NCBI GenBank assembly: GCA_949287105.1
Contig: CASEFE010000069.1
Coordinates: forward strand, 1-56,002
DNA: 56,002 bases
Source of the DNA: an uncultured Bacillota bacterium
GTDB lineage: Bacteria > Bacillota > Clostridia > Christensenellales > Borkfalkiaceae
Direction of reading: 5' to 3'
The notes under the pieces were generated by a model, which worked only from the letters and a program-made list of their open reading frames with translations, searched no databases and had not been told where the DNA came from. Positions 28,853-38,906 of the stretch are shown in pieces (positions within the stretch are counted from its first letter, which is position 1; each line of letters begins with the position of its first letter). Made by a program: the position numbers and the translations under genes.

Positions 28853-31363
28853 ATGGCTAAGTTTTATTCCGAAACAATTAAAAAGAGTGATCGGATCGAC
28901 AGGTTAAAAGAAAATTTATTTCGCAAGATGCCTCAGATCGAATCGGCGCGTGCGAAGCTTATTACGGAATCTTATCGGCAGACGGAGGGGGAACCCACGA
29001 TCATGCGTCGGGCGAAGGCGTTTTTACATATTTTGCAAAATCTGCCCATCGTAATCCGTGACGAAGAATTGGTAGTGGGCAGCACGACGATTGCGCCGCG
29101 CGGATGCCAGACCTATCCCGAATTTTCTTACGAGTGGCTGGAAGCGGAATTTGACACGGTGGCGACGCGTACGGCCGATCCGTTTTATATATCGGAAGAG
29201 GCGAAAAAAGAGATTGCCGAGGCGGACAAGTATTGGAAGGGAAAAACGACGAGTGAACTTGCCACATCGTATATGGCGCCCGAGACGTTGACGGCGATGA
29301 AGCACAACATGTTCACGCCCGGGAACTATTTTTACAACGGCGTGGGGCATGTGACGGTGCATTACGATTGGGTGCTTGCGGTCGGATTTTCGGGGATCGC
29401 GGAAAAGGCGAAGAAAGCTTTGGAAGACTGCAAAGTTTCCGACGGCGATTATGCGCGCAGATCCCGTTTTTTGCAGGCGGTGATTCTGTCTTGCGAGGCG
29501 GCGATCGTCTACGCGAAGCGTTATGCGGCGCTTGCGCGCGATATGGCGCAGAAAGAAAAAAATGCTGCCCGTCGCGAAGAGCTTATGCGTATAGCCGAAA
29601 ATTGCGATCGGGTTCCGGAATATGGGGCGCGCAGTTTCTGGGAAGCCTGCCAGTCGTTTTGGTTTGTGCAGCAGCTGTTGCAGATCGAGTCGAGCGGGCA
29701 TTCCATTTCGCCGGGACGCTTTGATCAATATATGTATCCATATTATAAAAAGGATCTGGACGAAGGAAAGATCACGCGGGAATTTGCACAGGAGCTGATC
29801 GACTGCATCTGGGTCAAACTGAACGATCTCAACAAATGTCGGGATGCGGCGAGTGCCGAAGGTTTTGCGGGATACAGCCTTTTTCAGAATCTTATAGTCG
29901 GCGGGCAGAACAGTGAGGGGCTGGACGTGACGAACGATCTTTCGTATATGTGTCTGACTGCGTCCATGCATGTGATGTTGCCGCAGCCTTCACTCTCGAT
30001 CCGTGTCTGGAACGGATCCCCGCATGAACTTCTCATTCACGCGGCGGAAGTTACGAGAACGGGCGTGGGGCTTCCTGCGTATTACAACGACGAAGTGATC
30101 ATTCCTTCGCTGATGAGCCGCGGACTGACTTTGCAGGACGCGCGCGAATACAACATCATCGGCTGTGTCGAACCGCAGAAGGCAGGAAAGACGGAAGGTT
30201 GGCACGATGCGGCGTTTTTCAATATGTGCAGACCTTTGGAACTTGTGTTTTCGAACGGAATGGACAGAGGAGAGCAGGTCGGATTGCAGACGGGCGACGT
30301 GACGAAGTTCCAGACGTTTGAAGAATTTTACGATGCGTACAAAGCGCAGATGGAATATGCGATCGGATTGCTTGTAAATGCGGACAATGCCATTGACGTA
30401 GCGCATGCGGAGCGCTGTCCGTTGCCTTTCCTTTCGGGGATGATCGAAGACTGTATCGGCAGAGGCAAGTCGGTGCAGGAAGGCGGAGCCGTTTACAATT
30501 TTACGGGTCCGCAGGGATTCGGAATCGCGAACATGGCGGATTCGTTGTACGCGATCAAGACACTCGTGTACGACGAAAAGAAAGTGACGATGGAAGAATT
30601 CCGCCGTGCGCTTTCGGAAAATTACGGAAAGGGTTTGCCGCTTTCGGAAGTAGAATTTGTGCTCGGCGAGGTCGTCAAAAATTTGCGCGCTGCGGGCAAA
30701 ACGGTAAAAGAAGCGGATATTTCGTCTGCGGCGAAAGCTTTGATGACGCCTACGAACAAATACGATGCATTGCTGGAAATGATCGATGCGGTTCCGAAGT
30801 TCGGAAACGACATCGAAGAAGTGGACGCGTTTGCGCGCGATGTGGCGTATACGTATACGCGTCCTCTTGAAAAATATAAAAATCCGCGCGGCGGAAGTTT
30901 TCAGGCGGGGCTGTATCCCGTATCGGCGAACGTACCGCTCGGCGCGCAGACGGGAGCCACGCCCGACGGAAGGCTGGCTGGAAGACCGGTTGCGGACGGA
31001 GTTTCCCCGTCGGCGGGCAAAGATACGCACGGACCTACGGCGACAGCCAATTCCGTATCGAGGCTGGATCATTATATCGCATCGAACGGAACGTTGTTCA
31101 ATCAGAAATTTCATCCTTCCGCACTCAGCGGAAGAAAGGGATTGGAGAACTTTGTTTCTCTTATCCGTTCCTATTTCGATCAGAAGGGAAGCCACATGCA
31201 GTTCAACGTGGTTTCGCGCGAAACGCTCATCGATGCACAGAAACATCCGGAAAATTACAAGCACCTTGTCGTCCGCGTGGCGGGTTACAGTGCGTTGTTT
31301 ACGACGCTGTCGCGCAGTTTGCAGGATGACATTATCAATCGTACAGAGCAGCAGGGGATGTAA
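28853..31363 (+). CDS. Glycyl radical enzyme, B12-independent 1,2-propanediol dehydratase type
   Basis: IIGCVEP (Cys/Glu loop), VRVAGYS (Gly radical), GHSISPGRFDQY, GATPDGR; internal amphipathic insert at ~30632-30760; BMC context. Confidence 0.9.
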   Translation: MAKFYSETIKKSDRIDRLKENLFRKMPQIESARAKLITESYRQTEGEPTIMRRAKAFLHILQNLPIVIRDEELVVGSTTIAPRGCQTYPEFSYEWLEAEFDTVATRTADPFYISEEAKKEIAEADKYWKGKTTSELATSYMAPETLTAMKHNMFTPGNYFYNGVGHVTVHYDWVLAVGFSGIAEKAKKALEDCKVSDGDYARRSRFLQAVILSCEAAIVYAKRYAALARDMAQKEKNAARREELMRIAENCDRVPEYGARSFWEACQSFWFVQQLLQIESSGHSISPGRFDQYMYPYYKKDLDEGKITREFAQELIDCIWVKLNDLNKCRDAASAEGFAGYSLFQNLIVGGQNSEGLDVTNDLSYMCLTASMHVMLPQPSLSIRVWNGSPHELLIHAAEVTRTGVGLPAYYNDEVIIPSLMSRGLTLQDAREYNIIGCVEPQKAGKTEGWHDAAFFNMCRPLELVFSNGMDRGEQVGLQTGDVTKFQTFEEFYDAYKAQMEYAIGLLVNADNAIDVAHAERCPLPFLSGMIEDCIGRGKSVQEGGAVYNFTGPQGFGIANMADSLYAIKTLVYDEKKVTMEEFRRALSENYGKGLPLSEVEFVLGEVVKNLRAAGKTVKEADISSAAKALMTPTNKYDALLEMIDAVPKFGNDIEEVDAFARDVAYTYTRPLEKYKNPRGGSFQAGLYPVSANVPLGAQTGATPDGRLAGRPVADGVSPSAGKDTHGPTATANSVSRLDHYIASNGTLFNQKFHPSALSGRKGLENFVSLIRSYFDQKGSHMQFNVVSRETLIDAQKHPENYKHLVVRVAGYSALFTTLSRSLQDDIINRTEQQGM

Positions 31364-31365
31364 AA

Positions 31366-32163
31366 ATGGCGGATAATTTTTTGGATACGCGCGGCAGAAT
31401 TTTCGATATACAGCGCTATTCCATTCATGACGGAACGGGAATCCGCACCATTGTTTTTCTGAAAGGGTGCGTACTTCGTTGCAAGTGGTGCTGTAATCCC
31501 GAATCGCAGGAATATAAAATTCAGACGATGCTCGTACAGGGCAAGCCCAAGACCATAGGTCAGGACATAACCGTGCGGGAAGTCCTTGACATTGTGGAAA
31601 GAGATCGTACTTTTTATCGCCGCAGCGGCGGCGGTATGACTCTTTCGGGCGGAGAAAGCCTCTGTCAGCCGGAGTTTTGTGAGGCACTTTTGCGCGGAGC
31701 AAAGGAACGGGGGCTGACCACGGCAATGGAGAGCATGGCGTGTGCGGACTGGTCGGTCATCGAAAAGATCTTGCCTTATCTCGACACATATCTGATGGAC
31801 ATCAAACACACCGATCCGGTAAAGCATGAAAAGTTTACGGGCAGGCGCAACGAACTGATGCTGGAAAACGCGAAGAAGGTTGCGAAAAGCGGTCTGACAG
31901 AACTGATCATCCGCGTGCCGGTCATTCCTACATTCAATGCGACGGAGCCGGAAATTGAAGGGATCGCGCGGTTTGCGGCGTCCCTTGACGGCGTAAAGAA
32001 ATTGCATCTTTTGCCTTATCATCGGTTGGGACAGGACAAATACGAAGGGCTGGGCAGGAATTACGAATTGAAAGATATCGTTCCGCCCGACAACGCGACG
32101 ATGGAAAGGCTGGCGGAAGCGGCGCGCCGTGTTTCGGGGCTGGATGTGCAGATCGGAGGATAA
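31366..32163 (+). CDS. Glycyl-radical activating enzyme (radical SAM, no ferredoxin insert)
   Basis: HDGTGIRTIVFLKGCVLRCKWCCNPES, GGMTLSGGE, LLPYHRLG. Confidence 0.94.
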   Translation: MADNFLDTRGRIFDIQRYSIHDGTGIRTIVFLKGCVLRCKWCCNPESQEYKIQTMLVQGKPKTIGQDITVREVLDIVERDRTFYRRSGGGMTLSGGESLCQPEFCEALLRGAKERGLTTAMESMACADWSVIEKILPYLDTYLMDIKHTDPVKHEKFTGRRNELMLENAKKVAKSGLTELIIRVPVIPTFNATEPEIEGIARFAASLDGVKKLHLLPYHRLGQDKYEGLGRNYELKDIVPPDNATMERLAEAARRVSGLDVQIGG

Positions 32164-32465
32164 TAAAAGTTTTGCAGATTTTTGTCAGTACGAAAAGATT
32201 TTGCTAAGACAGATGTAATTTTTGCGCTTGCCAAAATCGTTATTTTGGTAACAAGCCCCCGAATTGCCGCGATGAGCGGTTTCGGGCGAACAAGCTGAAT
32301 GCGCTCTTTTTATAATATAGGAAAACTGTGAAAAAGGACAGTGCAGAGGAAAAACGGGTTTAGGGCCTCTCAAAAATTGGCAACAAACGGCGGGGTTTTT
32401 CCTGAAAGGTCACGGAAATTTTACGATTTTTTCGTAAAGTTTCGTGAAAAAAGAGAGGTTTACGT

Positions 32466-32834
32466 ATGGATTTGACAAACAGCGGCGAAAAAATGCGCAT
32501 CGTGCAGGAACTTGTACCCGGTAAGCAGATTACCATCGCGCATGTGATCGCCAATCCCGACAAAATTTTATATAAGAAGCTGGGGCTGGATCCGGCGGTC
32601 GACTATTCTTCGTCGGCGATCGGCATTGTGACGGTCAGCCCGGCCGAGACGGCGATCATACTCGGGGACGTTTCGGTCAAGGCATCGGGCGTGGAGCTTG
32701 GATTTGTGGACCGTTTCAGCGGCACGCTGATCGTGACGGGAACGGTATCGCAGGTAGAGGCGGCGCTGGATGCGCTGGTATCCTATGCGAGAGATACGCT
32801 CGGTTTTGTGTGCTGCCCCATCACGAAGACCTGA
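32466..32834 (+). CDS. Circularly permuted BMC shell protein (PduU/EutS-like)
   Basis: RIVQELVPGKQITIAHVIANP, SPAETAII, GFVDRFSGTL. Confidence 0.93.
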   Translation: MDLTNSGEKMRIVQELVPGKQITIAHVIANPDKILYKKLGLDPAVDYSSSAIGIVTVSPAETAIILGDVSVKASGVELGFVDRFSGTLIVTGTVSQVEAALDALVSYARDTLGFVCCPITKT

Positions 32835-32835
32835 T

Positions 32836-33336
32836 ATGCGAAAGATCATGTTGGCAGGGCGAACGGGGGCGGGCAAGACGACGCTCACGCAGGCGCTCAA
32901 AGGAGAGAGGTTTACTTATCATAAAACGCAGTACGTAAATTTTGAAGGAGCGCTCATCGATACGCCGGGCGAATATGTGGAGACTAAGCGATTGGGGTAT
33001 GCTCTCGCGCTTTACTCGTACGAAGCGGATGTTGTGGGATTGCTTCTTGCAGCGGATGAACCGTTTTCTCTGTATCCGCCGTGCGTAACGGGCATGGTAA
33101 ACCGCGAAGTAATCGGAATCGTCACGAAAGTGGATGCGGCTTCGGGCAATCCGCAGCAGGCGGCGGAATGGCTCCGCATTGCGGGGTGCAAAAAGATATT
33201 TTACGTTTCTTCCTATACAGGGGAGGGAATTAAAGAGATTTTTGACTATCTCAAAGAAGACGGTGACGTACTTCCGTGGGAATTGAATCAAAAAACAACC
33301 AAAAACCACAAAAAATCTCAAAAAATTATAAAATAA
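32836..33336 (+). CDS. PduV/EutP-like P-loop NTPase
   Basis: GRTGAGKTTLTQAL, YHKTQ, IDTPGEY, GIVTKVD, VSSYTGEG. Confidence 0.9.
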   Translation: MRKIMLAGRTGAGKTTLTQALKGERFTYHKTQYVNFEGALIDTPGEYVETKRLGYALALYSYEADVVGLLLAADEPFSLYPPCVTGMVNREVIGIVTKVDAASGNPQQAAEWLRIAGCKKIFYVSSYTGEGIKEIFDYLKEDGDVLPWELNQKTTKNHKKSQKIIK

Positions 33337-33339
33337 ATG

Positions 33340-33368
33340 TTGACTTTTGTGGGATTGTGTTGTATAAT
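33340..33368 (+). promoter_or_regulatory. Sigma-A promoter P2 of the BMC locus
   Basis: TTGACT-17 bp-TATAAT; flanking motifs shared with P1. Confidence 0.75.
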
Positions 33369-33410
33369 AAAATCGAACAAAAAAACCGAAAAGATCAGGA
33401 GAGGTTAAAA

Positions 33411-34217
33411 ATGGTCAACGAATACGAAATCAAAAAAGAGATCTGTGACATCGGCAAGCGTATTTACAATCGCGGCATGGTGGCGTCGAACGACGGGAAT
33501 ATTTCCGTCAAGCTCAATGATCACGAATTTCTCTGCACGCCGACGGGGGTGAGCAAGGGATTCATGACGCCTGAGTACATCTGCAAAGTAGATGAAAACG
33601 GCAATGTGATCCAGGCGAACAAGGGATTCAAGCCTTCTTCGGAGATCAAGATGCACATGCGTGTCTATAAAGAGCGTCCGGACGTAAACTCGGTCGTACA
33701 CGCGCATCCGATGTATGCGACGGCGTTTGCGATCGCGGGTATTCCGCTCACGCAGCCGATCATGCCCGAAGCGGTCATCGCGCTGGGTTGTGTTCCGATT
33801 GCGGAATACGGCACGCCTTCCACGGAAGAGATTCCGAATGCGGTATCCAAGTATTTGCAGCATTTTGATGCAGTGCTTTTGGAAAATCACGGTGCGCTGG
33901 CATATTCCGATTCGTTGCTGTCTGCTTATCATAAGATGGAATCTGTAGAATTTTACGCACAGCTTTTGTTCCTGTCCCGTCAGTTGGGCGGTCCGAAGGA
34001 GCTTTCCAAAGCGCAGGTAGAAAGGTTGTATGAGATCCGTCGTAAGTTTGGCATGAAGGGTAAACATCCGGCGGACGTTTGCCTGAACATGAAAGACGGA
34101 AAGCCCAGCTGTCATTCCTGCGGATCGTGCAGCGGAAACTGCTCGTCGTCCGGCAGTGCTGACAGTGACTTGGTAGCGGAAATCACCAAAAAGGTGATGA
34201 AGGAACTCGGTCTGTAA
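33411..34217 (+). CDS. Class II aldolase (fuculose/rhamnulose-1-phosphate aldolase type) with C-terminal encapsulation peptide
   Basis: DGNIS, TPTGVSKG, PSSEIKMH, VVHAHP, LENHGA; tail DLVAEITKKVMKEL. Confidence 0.9.
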   Translation: MVNEYEIKKEICDIGKRIYNRGMVASNDGNISVKLNDHEFLCTPTGVSKGFMTPEYICKVDENGNVIQANKGFKPSSEIKMHMRVYKERPDVNSVVHAHPMYATAFAIAGIPLTQPIMPEAVIALGCVPIAEYGTPSTEEIPNAVSKYLQHFDAVLLENHGALAYSDSLLSAYHKMESVEFYAQLLFLSRQLGGPKELSKAQVERLYEIRRKFGMKGKHPADVCLNMKDGKPSCHSCGSCSGNCSSSGSADSDLVAEITKKVMKELGL

Positions 34218-34219
34218 TC

Positions 34220-34693
34220 ATGGAAGACAAGCGCATTGCGGAGGCGGTGGAGAAGGCCGTGCGCGGCGTTATACCCCGCAGCATAACGCCGCAGGAAGCG
34301 CATAAACTTGCCAAAGCCGTCCGTTGCAAGGCCCGTTCGATGGGAGTCAAGGCGGTGATCGCGGTGTCCGACGCGCACGGAAATCCGTTGCTGTGTGAAG
34401 CGGAGGCGGATTCGTATCTTGCTTCGTGGGACATTGCGTTGAACAAGTCGTATACGGTTGTGGCATTGAAAATGCCGACGTCTGCGCTTGCGACGCTTGC
34501 GGCGCCGGGCGGGGAACTGTACGGAATTCAGTTTACGAACGGCGGAAAGATTGTCATTTTCGGCGGGGGGGAACCTTTGGAAGAGAACGGCAGGATCGTC
34601 GGCGGTCTGGGCGTAAGCGGCGGAAGTGCCGAGCAGGACACGGCTCTTGCGGCATATGGCAGGCAGATATGGAAGGAGATGAGCGGATGCTGA
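34220..34693 (+). CDS. GlcG/HbpS/PduO-C-type heme-binding protein
   Basis: AVSDAHGN, DIALNKSYT, FGGGEPL, GGLGVSGGSAEQD. Confidence 0.85.
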   Translation: MEDKRIAEAVEKAVRGVIPRSITPQEAHKLAKAVRCKARSMGVKAVIAVSDAHGNPLLCEAEADSYLASWDIALNKSYTVVALKMPTSALATLAAPGGELYGIQFTNGGKIVIFGGGEPLEENGRIVGGLGVSGGSAEQDTALAAYGRQIWKEMSGC

Positions 34694-36072
34694 ACGAACG
34701 TGATATTGGCGAAATCGTCAAACAGGTTGTCGCCAAACTGAACATGACGGAAGAGAGCGGCACGGGAATGGGCATCTTTGACGATATGAACAAAGCAATT
34801 GCTGCTGCCAAGAAGGCACAGGAAGTGCTGCGCGTCATGACGATGGATCAGCGGGAAAAAATCATTTCGCGGATCCGCACAAAAATTATAGAGAACGCCG
34901 AGACGCTTGCGCGCATGGCCGTGGAAGAGACGGGCATGGGCAACGTCGGGCATAAGATACTGAAAAACAGATTGGTGGCGGAAAAGACGCCTGGTACGGA
35001 AGACATAACGACGGTTGCGTGGTCGGGAGACCGCGGCCTTACGCTCATTGAAATGGGCCCGTTCGGAGTCATCGGCGCGATCACGCCCTGTACCAATCCG
35101 AGCGAAACGGTCCTTTGCAACAGCATCGGCATGATCGCGGGCGGGAATACGGTCGTTTTCAACCCGCATCCTGCGGCGATCAAGACGTCGAACTTTGCCG
35201 TTCGGCTGGTCAATGAAGCGTCGGTAGAGGCGGGCGGACCGGAAAACATAGCCTGTTCTTTGTTGAAGCCGACACTGGAAAGCAGTAAGATCATGATGTC
35301 GCACAAGGACATTCCGCTGATCGCGGCGACGGGCGGCCCGGGCGTAGTGACGGCGGTGTTGTCTTCGGGAAAACGCGGCATCGGCGCGGGGGCGGGAAAT
35401 CCTCCTGCTCTGGTCGATGAGACGGCGGACATTCGCAAGGCGGCAGAAGACATCGTCAACGGCTGTACGTTCGACAACAACCTGCCCTGCATTGCCGAAA
35501 AAGAGATCGTGGCAGTCGATTCGATTGCGGACGAACTGATGAATTATATGCTCACGGAGCAAGGCTGTTATCTCGCTGACAAAGAATTGCAGGATAAGCT
35601 GACGGCGACTGTTTTGACGCCGAAAGGGCTCAACCGCAAATGTGTAGGCAGAAGCGCGAAGGCATTGCTTGCAATGGTGGGTGTGGAAGTTTCCGATGAT
35701 ATACGCTGCATCGTATTTGAGGGCGAGAAGGAACATCCGCTTATCCGTGAAGAACTGATGATGCCCATTCTGGGCATGGTGCGTGCCAAGGATTTTGATG
35801 ATGCCGTCGAAAAAGCAGTGTGGCTGGAACACGGCAACCGTCATTCGGCGCATATCCATTCCAAGAACGTGGATAATATAACCAAGTATGCCAAAGCGAT
35901 CGATACGGCGATCCTCGTGAAAAACGGTCCTTCGTATTCGGCGATCGGGTTCGGCGGCGAAGGGTTCTGTACCTTTACGATCGCGAGCAGGACGGGTGAA
36001 GGCCTTACGAGTGCTTCGACCTTTACCAAGCGGCGTCGCTGCGTGATGTGCGACAGTCTCTGCATTCGTTGA
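34687..36072 (+). CDS. CoA-acylating aldehyde dehydrogenase (PduP/EutE-like) with N-terminal encapsulation peptide
   Basis: ETGMGN, TPGTEDI, PCTNPSET, ATGGPGVV, GAGAGNPP, FDNNLPCIAEKE, TGEGLTSA. Confidence 0.93.
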   Translation: MLNERDIGEIVKQVVAKLNMTEESGTGMGIFDDMNKAIAAAKKAQEVLRVMTMDQREKIISRIRTKIIENAETLARMAVEETGMGNVGHKILKNRLVAEKTPGTEDITTVAWSGDRGLTLIEMGPFGVIGAITPCTNPSETVLCNSIGMIAGGNTVVFNPHPAAIKTSNFAVRLVNEASVEAGGPENIACSLLKPTLESSKIMMSHKDIPLIAATGGPGVVTAVLSSGKRGIGAGAGNPPALVDETADIRKAAEDIVNGCTFDNNLPCIAEKEIVAVDSIADELMNYMLTEQGCYLADKELQDKLTATVLTPKGLNRKCVGRSAKALLAMVGVEVSDDIRCIVFEGEKEHPLIREELMMPILGMVRAKDFDDAVEKAVWLEHGNRHSAHIHSKNVDNITKYAKAIDTAILVKNGPSYSAIGFGGEGFCTFTIASRTGEGLTSASTFTKRRRCVMCDSLCIR

Positions 36073-36142
36073 CAGGCGCCACAGAAACAGCATGGCATAA
36101 GGCTTAAAAAATGATCTGTACATACAGTGCAGCGGAGGATTT

Positions 36143-37366
36143 ATGGAAAATAAAAATATAGAGGAAATTGTAAGAAAAGTACTCGAAAGCATGACGGGGA
36201 GTTCGTCGGGCACGGCGGCTCCGGCGGCTTCGGCGGCGCGTCCGGCTGCTGCGGCGGGCGGAATTCCCAAGACGGCGCGCGTAGCGAAACTGGTGGAAAA
36301 AGGCCGCTTTGAATTGCAGGAATATCCTCTTCCCGAAGTGGGCGACGGCGATATTTTGGTCAAAGTGGAAGGATGCGGCGTCTGCGGAACGGATGCGCAC
36401 GAATTCAAAAACGATCCGTTCGGGCTGATTCCGGTCGTTCTCGGCCATGAAGGCACGGGCGAAATCGTAAAAATGGGCAAGGACGTCAAAAAGGACAGCG
36501 CAGGAAAAGAGCTGCATGTCGGCGACAAAGTCGTGACGTGCATGATTTTTAAGGACAATCCCGATATCACGATGTTCGATCTGAATAAACAGAACGTAGG
36601 CGGAGCGGACGTATACGGTTTGCTTCCCGACGACGAGGTGCGGTTCAACGGCTGGTTTGCCGATTATCTTCTGATCCGCAAGGGCAGCACGGTTTTCAAC
36701 GTGTCCGACCTCGATCTCTATTCGCGGGTACTGATCGAGCCGTGTGCCGTTCTGATTCACGCGGTGGAGCGTGCCAAAACGACGGGGATCCTTCGTTTCA
36801 ACAGCCGTGTAGCCGTTCAGGGATGCGGACCGATCGGTCTGATCTGCATCGCGGTACTTCGCACGATGGGTATTGAGAACATTACGGCGGTGGACGGCGA
36901 AGCCAAGCGTCTTGAATTTGCCAAACTGATGGGCGCGAGCAAGACGGTCAACTTCAAAGAATACAAAGGCATCGAAAATCTTGCCAAAGCGGTAGAGGAT
37001 ACCTTTGACGGGCATCTGGCGGACTTTGCGTTCCAGTGCACGGGTTCACCGGTCGCGCACGCCAATATTTACAAATTTATCCGCAACGGCGGCGGACTGT
37101 GCGAACTCGGATTCTTCATCAACGGCGGCGATGCGACCATCAATCCGCACTTCGACATCTGCGCGAAAGAGATCACGACGGTCGGTTCATGGGTATACAC
37201 TTTGCGCGATTATGCAACGACGTTCGATTTTCTCAAACGTGCAAAGGGGATCGGGCTTCCGATGGATAAACTGATCACGCATACCTTCCCGCTTGAACAG
37301 ATCAACGAAGCATTGCAGACGAATCTGAGCATGCAAGGGCTGAAAATAGCGGTCATCAATAAATAA
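36143..37366 (+). CDS. Zn-dependent (MDR) alcohol dehydrogenase with N-terminal encapsulation peptide
   Basis: CGVCGTDAH, LGHEGTG, QGCGPIG; N-terminus NIEEIVRKVLESM followed by an Ala/Pro linker. Confidence 0.9.
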   Translation: MENKNIEEIVRKVLESMTGSSSGTAAPAASAARPAAAAGGIPKTARVAKLVEKGRFELQEYPLPEVGDGDILVKVEGCGVCGTDAHEFKNDPFGLIPVVLGHEGTGEIVKMGKDVKKDSAGKELHVGDKVVTCMIFKDNPDITMFDLNKQNVGGADVYGLLPDDEVRFNGWFADYLLIRKGSTVFNVSDLDLYSRVLIEPCAVLIHAVERAKTTGILRFNSRVAVQGCGPIGLICIAVLRTMGIENITAVDGEAKRLEFAKLMGASKTVNFKEYKGIENLAKAVEDTFDGHLADFAFQCTGSPVAHANIYKFIRNGGGLCELGFFINGGDATINPHFDICAKEITTVGSWVYTLRDYATTFDFLKRAKGIGLPMDKLITHTFPLEQINEALQTNLSMQGLKIAVINK

Positions 37367-37382
37367 GTAAACGGAGCAGATT

Positions 37383-37697
37383 ATGGCAAAAGCGGTAGGC
37401 ATACTCGAAGTTTTCGGGCTGGCGGCGGCGTTTGTGGCGGCGGATGCCGGATGCAAAGCGGCGGATGTGACCATTGAAAAGTTCGATAAAAACAAGCCTG
37501 CGAATGCAGATAAACTTCCGGTTCCGCTCATTGTGGCGATCAAATTTCGCGGCGATGTGGCGGCCGTCAATGCGGCGATGGATGCGGCGGCGGATGCGGC
37601 ACAGGCAATGACAGGTGTTGTAAGCCGGTATGTGATTCCGAATCCCGAAAAGGATACGGAAGGAATGCTCAAACTGAGCGGGCTTGACAAAAAATAA
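37383..37697 (+). CDS. BMC-H shell protein (divergent)
   Basis: AVGILEVFG, AADAGCKAADV, RGDVAAVNAAM, VIPNP. Confidence 0.9.
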   Translation: MAKAVGILEVFGLAAAFVAADAGCKAADVTIEKFDKNKPANADKLPVPLIVAIKFRGDVAAVNAAMDAAADAAQAMTGVVSRYVIPNPEKDTEGMLKLSGLDKK

Positions 37698-37766
37698 TCC
37701 AAACAACAAAAAACGCGTGAGCGTAAGAAAAATAAAAGCAGAAATCAATTTTCGGAGGATATAAAA

Positions 37767-38042
37767 ATGGCAAAGGAAGCATTGGGAATGATTGAAACGA
37801 GAGGCCTTGTTGCGGCGATCGAAGCGGCAGATGCAATGGTCAAAGCGGCAGAAGTTACGCTGATCGGCACAGAGAAGATCGGCAGCGGCTTGGTAAGCGT
37901 GATGGTGCGCGGCGATGTCGGCGCGGTGAACGCGGCAGTCGAAGCGGGCGCAAACAACGCATCCCGTCTGGGCGAACTCGTAGCGAAGCACGTCATTCCT
38001 CGCCCGCATGCAGACGTTGAAAAAATTCTTCCCACACTGTAA
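37767..38042 (+). CDS. BMC-H shell protein (PduA/PduJ/EutM-like)
   Basis: [46 protein letters not shown]. Confidence 0.96.
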   Translation: MAKEALGMIETRGLVAAIEAADAMVKAAEVTLIGTEKIGSGLVSVMVRGDVGAVNAAVEAGANNASRLGELVAKHVIPRPHADVEKILPTL

Positions 38043-38066
38043 TCGCGGAAGCGGCCGGAGGAAATC

Positions 38067-38372
38067 ATGGGGAAATCATTGGGCTTTATTGAAATATCCG
38101 GCGTGACTGCAGCAGTGGACGCACTCGACATCATGTGCAAGACGGCGAATGTCGAACTTGTCACATGGGAGAGGAAACTGGGCGGAAGGCTTGTCACACT
38201 TGTAGTCAGGGGTGATGTGTCTGCCGTAACCGAGGCGGTGGAAGCTGCGGCGGCGCACGCCATAAAAAAACCTGTCGCCAAAGCGGTCATCGCGAACCCG
38301 CACCCTGAAACGGAGCGCATGGTGGCAATTTCTGCCGCGCGTCTTTCAAAGGGAACGCAGGTGATTGAATAG
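38067..38372 (+). CDS. BMC-H shell protein
   Basis: [33 protein letters not shown]. Confidence 0.92.
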   Translation: MGKSLGFIEISGVTAAVDALDIMCKTANVELVTWERKLGGRLVTLVVRGDVSAVTEAVEAAAAHAIKKPVAKAVIANPHPETERMVAISAARLSKGTQVIE

Positions 38373-38443
38373 AAGGTACCCGCAAAACGCGGAAACCGAT
38401 AAAAATTTTTAATTTTGTAAATCTCGAAGGAGGAGAAAGAACT

Positions 38444-38725
38444 ATGTCACTCGAAGCATTGGGAATGATCGAAACGAGAGGTCTTGTTGCTGCGATCGAA
38501 GCGGCGGATGCGATGCTCAAAGCAGCGAACGTCACGCTGATCGGAACGGAGAAGATCGGTAGCGGCTTGGTGAGCGTCATGGTGCGCGGCGATGTCGGCG
38601 CGGTGAACGCGGCGGTCGAAGCGGGCGCAAACAACGCGTCCAAACTCGGCGAACTCGTAGCCAAACACGTGATCCCTCGCCCGCATTCGGACGTTGAGAA
38701 AATTCTTCCCACCCTTGCGAAGTAA
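38444..38725 (+). CDS. BMC-H shell protein, near-identical paralog of 37767-38042
   Basis: [40 protein letters not shown]. Confidence 0.96.
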   Translation: MSLEALGMIETRGLVAAIEAADAMLKAANVTLIGTEKIGSGLVSVMVRGDVGAVNAAVEAGANNASKLGELVAKHVIPRPHSDVEKILPTLAK

Positions 38726-38906
38726 TCGTAGACGGATCCCTGCGGCGCACCGTTGTGTGCGCCGCGATCGGGGATCGTCGGGATCACTGATCGCGTAATA
38801 ACCCTGTAAATAAGCAGGGCAGTCTTTTTGTTGCTTTTTTTGGGCAGCAAAAGCTAAGGTCAAAAGCAAGCGCACCGCGGCAGGCGGTGCGGAAGGAAGG
38901 CAATCC

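Noticed and set aside
28853-31363. Pyruvate formate-lyase or choline TMA-lyase
   Set aside because: A single-Cys GCVEP loop rather than the adjacent Cys-Cys of PFL; the aldolase, kinase and PduP/L context points to propanediol rather than choline
33285-33336. Functional Lys-rich C-terminal tail on PduV
   Set aside because: It is most simply read-through into the A-tracts of promoter P2
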